From the human T2T-CHM13v2.0 reference genome, Homo sapiens, in NCBI RefSeq assembly GCF_009914755.1, contig NC_060947.1: a stretch of 64,000 nucleotides of DNA; one strand, given 5' to 3'. The position numbers were made by a program, and so were the translations under genes. Shown piece by piece: positions 43,239 through 55,820 of this stretch. Positions within the stretch are counted from its first letter, which is position 1. Every line of letters starts with the position of its first letter. The notes below the pieces were generated by a model that was not told the origin of the DNA, did not search any database, and saw only the letters and a program-made list of their open reading frames with translations.

Positions 43239-43745
43239 GAGGGGTCCCCAACCCCTGGGCCATGGACCAGTACTGTAGCCACACTGCAGGAGGTGAGCAG
43301 TGGGTGAGCGAGTGAAGCTTCATCTGTATTTACAGTCACTCCCCATTGCTCACATTACCACCTGAGCTCTGTCTCTTGTCAGATCAGCAGCAGCATTAGA
43401 TTCTCACAGGAGCGCAAACCCTATTGTGGACTGCACTTGTAAGGGATCTAGATTGTGCACTCCTTATGAGAATCTAATGCCTGATGATCTGTCACTGTCT
43501 CCCATCAACCCCAGATGGGACTGTCTAGTTGCAGGAAAACAAGCTCAGGGCTCCCACTGATTCGACATTACAGTGAGTTGTATAATTATTTCATTATATA
43601 TTACAATGGAATAATTATAGAAATAAACTGCACAATAAATGTCATGTACTTGAATCTTCCCTAAGTCAATCACCCCAGCTTGGTCCATCGAAAAATTGTC
43701 TTCCACAAAACTGGTCCCTGGTGCCAAAAAGGTTGGGGACTGCTG
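43239..43745. mobile_element. MER1A hAT-Charlie element, apparently nested in a MER58-like fossil (~43188-43895)
   Basis: TIRs AGGGGTCCCCAACC / GGTTGGGGACTGCTG; GAGAATCTAATGCCTGATGATCTG core. Confidence 0.88.
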
Positions 43746-43913
43746 TTCTATAGTTTTGGATTTATAGACTGACAGGCAATGTCAAGGATATCATGTTGGT
43801 ACATATATAACTATTTAAAATGTAACCTATTTAAAAATGTAGAAACCCTTCTTAGCTAGTAGACCATACAAAACCAGGTGGTGGGCTACAGCTTTGCTAT
43901 AGAATAATCACTA

Positions 43914-44041
43914 ATATGTGTATGTGTGTGTGTGCATGTATATGTGCATATACATGTATAGGTATATATGCATGTGTATGTATATATACATGCATGTACA
44001 TACATATATATGTATATGTACATACATACATATATGTGTAT
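43914..44041. repeat. Alternating purine-pyrimidine (TG/TA/CA) compound microsatellite
   Basis: Directly visible. Confidence 0.88.
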
Positions 44042-44074
44042 TTTTTAGTAGAGTAGATAAAACCACATACTAAG

Positions 44075-44420
44075 TGTATTAGTCTGTTCTCATGCTGCTA
44101 ATAAAGACATAACTGAAATGGGTAATTTATAAAGGAAACAGGTTTAATGGATTCACAGTTCCACATGGCTGGGGAGGCCTCACAATCATGGCAGAAGGCA
44201 AATGAGGAGCAAAGCTGCATCTTACCTGGCTGCAGACGAGAAAGTTTGTACAGAACTCCCATTTATAAAACCATCAGATCTCATGAGACTTATTCACCAC
44301 CACAAGAAAAGTATGGGGGAAACTGCCCCCATGATTCAATTATCCCCACTGGCCCCGTCCTTGACACGTGGGGATTATTACAATTCAACGTGAGAGTTCG
44401 GTTGGGACACAGTCATATCA
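44075..44420 (-). mobile_element. THE1B-like solo LTR
   Basis: TGTATTAGTC...CATATCA; perfect TSD CTAAG. Confidence 0.9.
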
Positions 44421-44529
44421 CTAAGAAAGAGTCAATCCAAAGGAAGGTATGAAATGAGTAATGGAATTATAAGAAACAGGTAGAAAATAACTGTGGTAGA
44501 ATTATACCTACCTGAAATTCACACATACA

Positions 44530-45190
44530 TTTTGGTTGGATAGTAAATGGCAAGACTACTTTGTAAAATCATCTGAAGTATTTTTTATAAAGTCAGACAT
44601 ACGATGATGCCACAACCCAGCACTCCTTCTCCTAGATATTTATTCAAGAGGAACGAAAATACAAGTCCTCACAGAGACTCTTCAAGAATGTCTACAGCAA
44701 GATTATTTGTAATAAAGAAAAACAGGAAACAACCCACATGTCTATGAAGAGGGGAATGAATAAACAAATTGCAATAGAGTCACACAATGAATACTATAGT
44801 AGTCCGATTTCACGCTGCTGACAAAGACATACCCAAGACTGGGTAATTTATAAAGACAAAGAGGTTTAATGGACTCACAGCTCCACGTGGCTGGGGAGGC
44901 CTCACAATCATGGTGAAGGCGAATGGCATGTCTTACATGGTGGCAGACAAGAGAGAAAATGAGAGCCAAGTGAAAGGGGTTTCCCCTTATAAAACCATGA
45001 GATCTCGTGAGACTTATTCACTACCATGAGAACAGTATGAGGGAAACGGCCCCTATGATTCAATTATCTCCCATCAGGTCCCTCCCATAAGACATGGGAA
45101 TTTGGGGAGCTACAATTCAAAATGAGATTTGGGTGGGGACATAGCCAAACCATGTCAAATACTATTCATCAACAAAAGCCAATGGAGGAA
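44530..45190 (+). mobile_element. Old L1ME-type 3' fragment split by THE1
   Basis: CAACCCAGCACTCC...CTAGATATTTATTCAAGAG...GAAACAACCCACATGTC...CACACAATGAATAC|TATTCA. Confidence 0.6.
44795..45157 (-). mobile_element. THE1B-like solo LTR
   Basis: GAGAGCCAAGTGAAAGGGGTTTCCCCTTATAAAACC; perfect TSD AATAC. Confidence 0.9.
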
Positions 45191-46799
45191 TAGGTGCACA
45201 TCTTGGTAAATGTTTAGAAATTGGACACACCTATATAATCACTATGCACATCAAGAGCTGGATCAAAATGAGCAACCTTGAAATCCCCCTTGTGTCCTTC
45301 CCAAGGAGGTCAATTTTGCTTCCTTTTAAAGATTTCTGTATTTTCCAAACTTTCTACAAAAAAGGTAAACATTTTTAAATAAATATTTTTCAGTAAGTTC
45401 CTTGTCTTTATGGAGTTTCTGTGCCGATTTTCCTAGAATTGAGATGCTCTGCTAGCTTGCATATAAAACATGACATATTTAAAATAAAATATTATCTTTT
45501 CAATGATTATCCTGGAACTGTCCTCTGAAGCAATTCAGAATACAATTAAAGATTTAATTTAATGTCCGTGAACCTTAATTTCTAATTTGGATATAGGCTG
45601 GAGCAAATAGATTGTAAAAAATTTTTAACAAAAATTGATATTGTTTCTCATATCATTTCCTAAGGATTTGATAATTTATGCTATCCTTAATGACTTTGTA
45701 CCTCTTCAAAGCACATTGATGGAAATTGATTTTCCTGATTATTTCAGCAGTCTTTGGGAGGTAACATATTTTAGTGACACCCTGGAAAATCTCTCTAGTG
45801 TACTCTCTAAGTTACCCAGGACAACAGCTGCTACAGAAAGAAATCTCTTCATACCACCCACCTTTGTTCAGCCAGAAACAAAAATAGTGCTTTGATTGCT
45901 CTCTCTGACCTACTTTTGTGAAGGAGTACTAACGACCTAAATTCCCAAAGTCGTGGGCCTTGGAGAAACTGTACAGGATTTTCCAACCCGTCCTCATAAC
46001 CTTAGGCCGAATTCCACTTCCACTGTGCTAGATTCACACAAGCCTGTACTTTTCCTAGAGATTTGCAAGGATTTTGCACCATTCGCTTTGGATTGTCTAT
46101 CAGATCTTTATGGAAGTGTATGGCTTTCTATTTTGTATTCCAAAAAATAATATGTAACCGGTTCATTTAATGGCATTATGAAGTTTCAGAGTTAGGCAAT
46201 GCAAAGGAGGACTGAGCACAGGACATTTGGACTTATAAATTTGTCTGTCACACACCCTAGCCCTATTAGTAGTTCACAGAACCCATTTTTAGGAATCATT
46301 ATTACATCAGAATCTATCCAGAAAAATCAGCATCCTTACCTGGTCACTGGCCAATGCCAGCCTGAGGGATACCCAGCCTCCCAGGTCTTTCTTGAGTCTT
46401 TACCTCGGACATGATAGGTTCACATCATTGTTTCCAGTGCTTGGCTTTAAATAGTTGTGTCCTGTCTCCTGACCCTTTCATTCATTTCAGCCACCTTCTT
46501 TTCTCTAACTAACACACATAGTTATAATCTATAGACTGGCAGGTTTCAAACATTGGCCCTCAATTCTGACTCATTTCAGAGTCAAAAGAACCCTCATGAA
46601 AGACCACCTGGCATGCAGGTGCATCAAGTTCCAGAAGGGACCCTTGACTGACCTTGCCGACTTTCCTCTACCTTTTCATCCCTTATCATGCACCATCAGT
46701 AAGTTCTCTTCAATCTAATATCTACGTATGTGTACATGTGTGATTACGTTTGTGTACCTGTACTTTGTTTTGTTCTTTTTCCAAATTTGTGCATTTTCT

Positions 46800-47095
46800 T
46801 AATTTTTACTGCAACCACCCAACTTCACACCACTGTCTTCTTCTGCCTGGACTGTTATAGTAGACTCCCAGCAAGGTATCTCAGACTCCCTCATGTGCAC
46901 CTCCAATCCATTCTCTTCAAGGCAGCCTGAGTGACCTTTCTAAAACAAAATTTAGATTGGGCAATTGGGCCACTTCTCTGCTTAAAATCTTGCAATTATT
47001 TTATTTGTTTTTTTGATTTAACATTTGGGTAGTCAAAATGTTTAAAATGGCCTACATAGGCTCTACTTCGTTAATCTTGCCCCTGCTTCTGTCCT
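46800..47095 (+). mobile_element. L2 fragment
   Basis: TGCCTGGACTG...CTCCAATCCATTCTC...GCAGCCTGAGTGACCTTTCTAAAAC...CTCTGCTTAAAA. Confidence 0.62.
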
Positions 47096-47216
47096 CCAGA
47101 ACATTACATTATAATGATAAAATGTTCCTGAAGAGACACCAAAGCTTATAAATGGAGTCACTTAAAATATTTTCGTAGGATTTAAAGCAATTTCTACTGT
47201 TTTTCTGATAGCTGAA

Positions 47217-47529
47217 TTATTTTCTTGAGACAGAGTCTCACTGTGTTGCCCAGGCTGGAGTGCAGTAGTGCAATCATAGCTTACTGCAGCCTCCAACTTC
47301 TGGGCTCAAGTAATCCTCCCACCTCAGCGTTCTGGGTAGCTGGGATTACAGGCACAGGTCACCATGCACAGCCAATTTTTTTAAAAAAAATTTGCAGAGA
47401 CAAGGTCTCAGTATGTTGCCCAGGGCTCAAGCAATTCTTTCACCTGGGTTGAGTTCCTGGGCTAAAGTGATCCTTCCACCTCAGCTTCCCAAAATGTTGG
47501 GATTACAGGTGTGAGTCATCGTACCTAGG
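47217..47529 (-). mobile_element. AluJ with a small internal duplication
   Basis: TSD CTGATAGCTGAA (47205-47216, 47530-47541); GGGCTCAAGCAATTCTTTCACCT duplicated as GGGCTAAAGTGATCCTTCCACCT. Confidence 0.88.
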
Positions 47530-47871
47530 CTGATAGCTGAAATTTTAACCTCATGGTACTGTTCGCTCAAAAAAAAAAGTGTGGGATAACCTGCTCCCAG
47601 TTTCCTGACCCAGGGCAATCACATTATGAGTTCACATTGTAAGACTTTTGCAGAAGACAATTTGAATGCCTTAGCATCAATTCTGTACAGACCCTGAAGG
47701 CTCATCATAGAATTAGGAAGACTTCCTCTCTCCTACCTTCTTGTCCATCTAATTGTTCTGTTTCATAAGCCCTATTCTCACAATCAAGGACATAATCACT
47801 TTTCAATCTTTATACTGTCCAAATAAGGAATGGAATCTCATTAAAATAAAATTTAAAAATTTATTGGCTGT

Positions 47872-48491
47872 TGTCTTTATTTGCTAGAGCTGTCATAACC
47901 AGATACCACCGACTGGGTGGCTTAACCCACAGAAATGTATTCTCTCACATTCTGGAGGCTGGAAGCCCAAGATCAAGGTGTCCCCAGGGTTCATTCCTCC
48001 TGAGGCTTCTCTTCTTGGCTTATAAATGCCACCTTCTCCCTGTGTCTTCACAGGGTCGTCCCTCTGTGTGTGTCTGTGTCCTCATCTCCTCTTCTTATGG
48101 GGTGTCTTAGTCCATTTCAGGCTTATAACAGAATACCATAGACTGGGGAGCTTATAAACAGCAGACATTGATTCTCCCACAGTCCTGGAGGCTGGAGGTC
48201 CGAGATCAAGGTGTGAGCATGGCTGGTTCCTTCTGAGGCCTCTCTCCTTGGCTTGTAGATGATGTCCTTTCCCTGTGTCCTCATGTGGTCATTCCTCTGT
48301 GTGGGTCTCTGTCCTCATCTTCTCTTCTTATAAGGACATCAGTCCTATTGGATCAGAGCCCTCCGTACTGACCTCATTGTATCTTAATCACATCTTTAAA
48401 GACTCCATTTGCAAATACAGTCACATCCTGAAATTCTGGGGGTTAGGTCTTCCACACATGAATTTTTGGGGATGAAATTCAGCCTGTCATA
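47872..48491 (-). mobile_element. MLT1C/STIR-like LTR with two tandem copies of the ~230-bp segment
   Basis: Units start at 47872 and 48103; same junction type (TCTTCTTATG...TGTCTTAGTCCATTTCAGG) as at 28100 and 28326. Confidence 0.86.
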
Positions 48492-49964
48492 AGCACTTTA
48501 AATATGAGTGCAGTTCCCGATGCCCTCTTCCACAGCCTATCCCTCTGCATTATTACCTGCAGAAATAACTGATTGGCCTGAACTCCTATGAATATGCAGA
48601 AACAACCAATCTTCGCATCAGAGTATTCTAAAAGTATTAAGTGGGATTGGATGCACGTGTCTGTGAGTGTTGCCTAGAATGTCAACCAATGTCAGTGAGC
48701 CTTGATCAACATTTCCTCTCTAAGTTCACTTTTCTAAAGCACTGACTGAGGAAAGATCTTAAAACTTTAGACATGGAAAGATTCATTTTTCAAACCCCAG
48801 TCTCTAGAAAACACATTACATTAAAACTTGAAAAAAAAATTAGCCATGTTTCAGAAGCAAACTTCATTTTGAAGGAAGGTCAGGAAAAGATATATAATAT
48901 ATATATTCATCATTTGATAGTTGGACCCTTGCCACTGGTAGGTTACTTGAAAGACTATTAACAGAGTCACAAAATCAGAATTTAAATCGAGCCCAGTTTA
49001 TTTCCTACCACGTGATTTTGGGGAAGGCTAATCACAGAGGTTAGAAAATTAATTAAACATAGAATGAACTCACCTCTATCCTTTGGAAAAGTCTAGAGGG
49101 GATACCTTTACAAATTTACAACAGCTTGACAGAGAAATGCCAGTTTCAGGAAAGAAAAAGGCTCGCTACCACAACCTGTAAATTGTTAGAAGCAACATCT
49201 TAACAAATCAAAATGGCAGTTCTGTTGCACATCCTGTAGGCTAGTGAGTATGATTCAGAAATAAGCATATAGTTGGTGAAAACCATGATTCACTGGACAA
49301 TATTTCCAGCAAGACTTCTTTTACTTTAAAGTAAACACTGAGTTTTTTTAAAAAATCTTTTTTGGGGAAAGTTTACCCGCTCCCCTCCCCCCATCCTACC
49401 TTCTGTTCTCACTTGATTCCTGTCATAATCCTCAATTTGTTGAATCACAATTGGTTGCTGTGGTGATGATTGCGATATCACAAACAAGATTATGACTTCA
49501 AGTGGGGAATAAACAGCAGGCACTCGAACTCTTAACAAATGAAATTCTATCATTATGCAAATAGCCTTCAAATAATCAAGTGTGACCCAAAATGCATAAT
49601 TTTCTTTTGTGGGATATTTTTCTTCCTTTGGCATAGAAAATGCATCATCATCCACTAGATTCATTTCTAACGAAAATGTCATGGAACTTCAAAGATATAT
49701 TTTAGGTTGAAACACTCTCGTATATAACAATTAAACATCATCAACATGCTGCAAAGATCATTTTATAAAATGTAATGATTTGTCCAAATTTAACCAGGCA
49801 AACTTTCCCAAATCAGAAGAGTAACAGCAATCATACTGAATAATTGCCAAATTATGGGTTTAAAATTAAGGAACTTGTAATAGACATGGAATATGCTTAA
49901 CTTGGCTTCTGAGATTACAGCAGTTGCTGATCACTCTCATGTAGTGCCTAAATCCTGACCAAAG

Positions 49965-50095
49965 ATACACAGACGGACAGCTAGATAATAGATGAATTGA
50001 TAGGCGATAGGTATACATATAGATAATACGGATAGGTTGATAGATTATAGATGATTGATAGGTGATAGGGAGATGGATGATAGATCGATAGATAG
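49965..50095. repeat. Degenerate (GATA)n tract
   Basis: GATA/GACA/TAGA repeats directly visible. Confidence 0.82.
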
Positions 50096-50164
50096 AAAAA
50101 ATGATATCTAGTATTCCATGAAAGTCTCCTCTGACCAGAAATACATCTGAATAAATGTGGAGCG

Positions 50165-50189
50165 CACACACACACACACACACACACAC
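50165..50189. repeat. (CA)12 STR
   Basis: Directly visible. Confidence 0.93.
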
Positions 50190-51014
50190 CGTCTTGTTAT
50201 TCTCATTTTTATGTGATTTGAAGGCTTAAAGAGAATAAGGATTGAGTTGTGTCTATGGCTAATAAGTTTCAGAGTCTGTATTTAAAGCTCAACACTCAGC
50301 ACTACCCCTTAGGGCTCAAATCCCTTGAAAAAACACAATTATATATAGTCGTAATTACCAGTAATTATTATCTTGGCTCTATGTAGGTTTAACTGTCCAG
50401 CTGTCCGGTCATTGCCTGAGGAGAGACTCGAGCTCCTAAAATAAGAGAAGGTGGGAGCAATAAACGTTGGCCTCTGTCAGGGATGCACAACCAAATTGAT
50501 CATGTGTCTGGTAAACAAAATATCTACAGGACATGTGGCTTAGGGAAAATTTTCTGTAAAGGTTCCCCAACTGTAATATTCTATCATGAGAAATGTTTTT
50601 ACGCCTCTTTGAATCTTGGAGTTTAACTCAAAGGGACTGGGGTGGGTAGATTTTACACAGAGGATAGGTCTCTTAAAGATTTTCTGATAACGAACACCTT
50701 GATGAGGAGTTCTTGGGCCCTTCCTCTATTAGAGGGTAAACTCGTGAAAAATAAGCTATACGATAGGTATTATGTGTTCGTTCTTTTAAAACACAGAATG
50801 AAGTGACTTCTGTCATAAGCCCATGGTGATTTCCATTGTTGTTAATACTTCAAGATACAGGGACATGTGAGTTGAAATAAGTGGGGAAATCTATTAGAGA
50901 GAGAAGAGACAAGCATAAAAAGCTATTCATATTTCTTTGCAAGACCCATTCAGGAAAGTTGAGGGAGGTGGGGGAGTGTCTGAGGGTTCATATATCTACA
51001 AAAACAAAATTTAC

Positions 51015-51155
51015 TTTTATTTATTTATTTAGAGACAGAGTGTTGCTCTGTTGCCCAGGCTGGAGTGCAGTGGTGCAGTCATAGCTCACTGCAGCCCTCA
51101 CCTCCTGGGCTTAGGCTATCCTCCTGCCTCAGCCTCCTGAGTAACCACACCCTGA
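51015..51155 (-). mobile_element. AluJ right-monomer (FRAM-like) fragment
   Basis: TTTATTT tail, GAGACAGAG...CATAGCTCACTGCAGCC...CCTCAGCCTCCTGAGTA. Confidence 0.8.
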
Positions 51156-51251
51156 TAACATTACCATTCTTAAGCTATTGATGACTGCTCCTGGAGGTCA
51201 TGAAAATTACAGTGAAGGGTCACCCAAATCTACGATGATGGCATATCCCTC

Positions 51252-51676
51252 TCTATTAGTCCATTCTCACATGGCTATAAAGAAATACCTGAGACTGGTT
51301 ATTCATAAAGAAAAGAGCCTTAGTTAGCTCACAGTTCTGCAGGCTGAACAGGAAACATAATGCTGGTGTCTGCTCGGCTTCTGGGGAGACCTCAGGAAAC
51401 TTACAATCATGGTGGAAGGAGAAGAGGAAGCAGGGACATTACATGGCCAGAGCAGGAGTAAGAGAGAAGAGGAGGAGGTGCCACACAGTTTTTAAACCAC
51501 CAGATCTCACTGGAAGCCACTCACTATCTTGAGGACAGCACCAAAGGAATGGTGCTAAACTATCAGGAGAAATCCACCCCCATGATCAAATCTCCCCCCA
51601 CCAGGCCCCACCTCCAATACTGGGAATTACAGTTCCACATGAAATTTGGGCAGGGACACAGATCCAAGCTCTATCA
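51252..51676 (-). mobile_element. MSTB-like solo LTR
   Basis: GCTATAAAGAAATACCTGAGACTGG...CTGCTCGGCTTCTGGGG...CAGGCCCCACCTCC...CAGATCCAAGCTCTATCA; TSD CCCTC/CCATC. Confidence 0.88.
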
Positions 51677-52129
51677 CCATCTTAGGAATTGTATCCTATG
51701 TGTCAGTACTGGATTAGCCCAGCCGCCAGCCAGTAATAAGGATACCATCCAAAGCAAGAATTAACAGGATGTGTCTGTACTGCCGGCTGGGGGCCCTCAC
51801 TGTGTTCCCTCCCACATCTGTTCTGTTTAGGGAGCAGAAGCCTTGGCCCATATGGTCAGGATGGCAGGATGTCTACTCCACCAGCCTACGACATCTCTGG
51901 TCAACATTGGCCTCTCATGACTGATCGCCCGTGCCTGTGTGGAAAAGAGCCCTTCTAGGAAAGCCGTTACTTGGCATTCCAGAGATCTGTTCTTCCTGTG
52001 TTGCCATTAGAGTCACAAGCAGGAGCAAGTACCTCCACCCCATGGTTCCTGGAAACAAAGAAAATCAGTCAGCTGGTGGTGGGTTTCTTTGGCTTGTGGA
52101 AAGTTAGAGACGCACTTCGATTTCATGAG

Positions 52130-52690
52130 GAGGTTGTAATGAGCCTGGATCATAACACTGCACTTTAACCTGGGTGACAAAGTCAGACCCTGTCTCAAAT
52201 AGTAGTAATAATAATGATGATGATGATGATGATGATATTGAGCATCCTTTCGGGTGCCTATTGGCTATTCATGTATATTTTTTGGATAAATGTCTGTTCA
52301 GTTTCTTTGCATTTTCAATTTGGTTATTTATTCTTTCATTATTGACTTATAAGAGTTCTTTATATATTCTGGATAATGTCCCTTATAGGATATGTGGCTT
52401 TACAATATTTCATCTTAGTCTGTGTGTTGTCTTTTCACTTTCTTGATTGTGTCTTTTCAGGGGAAAACACTTCTAATATTGATAAAGTCCAATTTTTCAA
52501 TTTTTTTCTTTTGTCATTTGTGCCTCTAGTGTCAAATCTAAGAAATCATTGCCTAACCCAAGGTCAGGAAGAAATATTCATAGGTTTTCTTCTAAGAGTT
52601 GTATAATGTAGCTCTTACATTTAGGCCTATGATTCATTTTGTGGCAAGTTTGCGTATGGCATGAGGTGTTTTTTTTTTTAATACATGGAC
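52130..52690 (+). repeat. Copy 1 of a local duplication (Alu 3' end + (GAT)n + antisense L1M piece)
   Basis: Colinear with 55145-55708, including the Alu/L1 junction. Confidence 0.88.
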
Positions 52691-53146
52691 GTATAATTTG
52701 GAAATGAGCTTGTTTTGCCTCAGATAAATGAAACAGGCTCTTTGTCGTCTCTTCTCTTTTATCTCTTTTCTTGTTTTAGGTGTCTCCTCATTCCTGGTCC
52801 TACATAAACTCATTTTGACATTCGCCTTAGGCATTTCAGAATCTGGCCCTCACCCTTATGGTTTTCACATATCATGAACAATTTTCTTCTTTTACCCTCT
52901 TATTTGGGGTGCCTAAGCCTCTCCTCAATGAAATGGCAACCGGTTACAAACGACTAAGCCAAGGTGACAATTACCCATAATTATGGCTTAATAAATATAG
53001 ATGCCATTGTGGTTTGGTTTTGTAACAACTTTATTGAGGCATAACCTCCATATCTTATTCACATGCATTAAATGTACATTTCAGTGACATTTAGGATATT
53101 CACAGAGCTGTGCACCCATCACCATATTGTAATTTACAACATTTCC

Positions 53147-53440
53147 AGCCAAGCACAGTGGCTCACCTACAATCCCAGCACTTTTAGTGGCCAATGCAGG
53201 AGGATGACTTGAGGCCAGGAGTTCAAGGCCAGCCTGGGGCAACACAGCAAGACCCCCCCCCGCATCTCTACAAATAATGAAAAAATTACCCAGATGTGTG
53301 CCATGGATCTTTAGTCCCAGCTACTCAGGAGGCTGAAGTGGGAGGATGGCTTGAGCTCAGGAGGTCAAGACTTTAGTGAGCTGTGATGGCACCACCGTAC
53401 TTCAGCCTTGACAACAGAGTGAAATGCTATCTCTAAAAAA
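53147..53440 (+). mobile_element. AluJ
   Basis: GCCAAGCACAGTGGCTCAC...GGAGGATGGCTTGAGCTCAGG...CTATCTCTAAAAAA. Confidence 0.85.
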
Positions 53441-53793
53441 TAGTATTAAATTTAAAAAAGAACATGTCCATCACTGTAAAAAGAAAACTCATGCTCATTG
53501 TCAGTCACTACCTGTTTCCTTCATCCCACCCTTCCCCTAGCTCTAACAAACTCTCAAACTACTTTGGGTCTTTATAGATTTGCCTTTCCTGGATAGTACA
53601 TATAAATGAAATCATATTTTATACATTCTATCTATCTATCTTTATTTAAATATTAATTGTGATGAAATATACATGGCATAAAATTACCACCTTAGAGTGT
53701 ACAATCCAGTGACATTAAGTACATTGTTGTGCAACCATCACAATCATCCATACACAGAACTGTTTTCATCTTGCAAAACTAAAGCTCTTCTTA

Positions 53794-53952
<159 letters not shown>

Positions 53953-54233
53953 CTATTGCCCCTACAGTATGTGATTTTTTTTTTTTTTTAGTGACTGGCT
54001 TTCTTCTCAAAATTTACCCATGTCCTAGCATGTATTAGTACTTCTTTCCTTCCTCCATTGTGTGTATATATTACATTCATCTATGCATTCATCAGGTGGT
54101 GGACATGTGGGTTGTTTTCACCTTTTGGCTATTGTCAATAATGACTGCTGTGAACATTCATGTGCAAGTTTTTGTATGGACAAGTGTTCTCACTTCTCTT
54201 GGGTAAATACCTAAGAGTAAAATTGCTGTGTCA

Positions 54234-54706
54234 CATGCACACGTATGTTTACTGCGGCACTATACACAATAGCAAAGACTTGGAACCAACCCAAATGTCC
54301 AACGATGATAGACTGGGTTAAGAAAATGTGGCACATATACACCATGGAATACTATGCAGCCATAAAAAAGGATGAGTTCATGTCCTTTGTAGGGACATGG
54401 ATGAAGCTGGAAACCATTATTCTGAGCAAACTATCACAAGGACAGAAAACCAAACACCGCATGTTCTCACTCATAGTTGGGAATTGAACAATGAGAACAC
54501 ATGGACACAGGGTGGGGAACATCACACGCCGGGGCCTGTCATGGGGTGGTGGGAGGGGGGAGGGATAGTATTAGGAGAAATACCTAATGTTAAATGACGA
54601 GTTAATGGGTGCAGCACACCAACATGGCACACGTATACATATGTAACAAATCTGCACGTTGTGCACATGTACCCTAGAATTTAAAGTATAATAAAAACAA
54701 GAAAAA
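54234..54706 (+). mobile_element. 5'-truncated L1PA (about L1PA4-6) 3' end
   Basis: ORF2 C-terminus MFTAALYTIAKTWNQPKCP...MFSLIVGN*, 3'UTR G-rich tract, AATAAA and A tail; 15-bp TSD AAAATTGCTGTGTCA (54219-54233, 54707-54721). Confidence 0.95.
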
Positions 54707-54929
54707 AAAATTGCTGTGTCAAATTCTATGTTAATATTTTGAGAAACTGCCAGACTATTTTATCAAAGCGGCTGCACAACATTACACTCCCAAATAATAT
54801 ATGAGGGCTCCAGCTTCTCCACATCCTTATGATCATGTTATTGTCTGCTGTTTTTATTTTAACAATCCTAGTGATTGTGATGTGTGAATGTGGTTTTGAT
54901 TTACATCCCCCTAATGGCTAATACTATTA

Positions 54930-55215
54930 AGCATTGTGGCTCATGACTATAACCCCAGCACTTTGGGAGGCCAAGGCAAGAGGACTGCTTGAGCGTAGGA
55001 GTTCGAGTCCAGTGAGGGCAATATAGTGAGATCTCATCCCTACAAAAATAATTGTTTTTAAATTAGCCAAGCATGGTGGTGTGTGCCTGTAGTCCCATCT
55101 ACTCAGGAGGCTAAGGTGGGAGGACTGCTTGAGCCCAGAAGTCAGAGGTTGCAGTGAGCCAAGATTGTAACACTGCCCTTCAATCTGGGTAACAGAGACT
55201 CTCAAATAATAATAG
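54930..55215 (+). mobile_element. AluJ whose tail has decayed into (AAT)n(GAT)n
   Basis: GTGGCTCATG...GCACTTTGGGAGGCCAAGGC...GGAGGACTGCTTGAGCCCAG...; (GAT)n at 55218-55249. Confidence 0.85.
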
Positions 55216-55249
<34 letters not shown>

Positions 55250-55708
55250 ATTGAGCATCTTTTGTGTGTCTATTGGCTATTCATTTATCTTTCTTGGAGA
55301 AATGTCTTTTCAGTTCCTTTGCATTTTCAATTTGGTGATATATTATTTTATTATTGAGTTTTAAGGGTTTTTTATATATTCTGGATAACATCCCCCATAG
55401 GATATGTGGCTTTCCAATATTTTATCTTTGTATGTTGCCTTTTCACTTTCTTGGTTGTGTCTTTTGAAGAGCAAACACTTTTAATGTTGATAAAGTCTAA
55501 TTTTTGAATTTTTTTCTTTTGTCATTTGTGCTTCTAGTGTTAAATCTAAGAAATAATTGCCTAACCCAAGGTCAGGAAGAAATATTCATAGATTTTCTTC
55601 TAGCAACTGTATAATGTAGCTCCTATATTTAGGCCTATGATTCATTTTGAGGTAAGTTTTTGTATGGTATGATGCAGGGGTCCAGCTTTATTTTGTTTAT
55701 ATATGGAC
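55145..55708 (+). repeat. Copy 2 (probable source) of the local duplication
   Basis: Shares e.g. TTGCCTAACCCAAGGTCAGGAAGAAATATTCATAG with copy 1. Confidence 0.88.
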
Positions 55709-55820
55709 ACTCAAGGCAGGAACCACATATATCTTATATGTGATATTTACCCCCAGCACCTAGCCTGTTGCCATGAAAATAGTAAGCACAAAATTCAGAT
55801 TTTCTAATAGATAGATGTTT

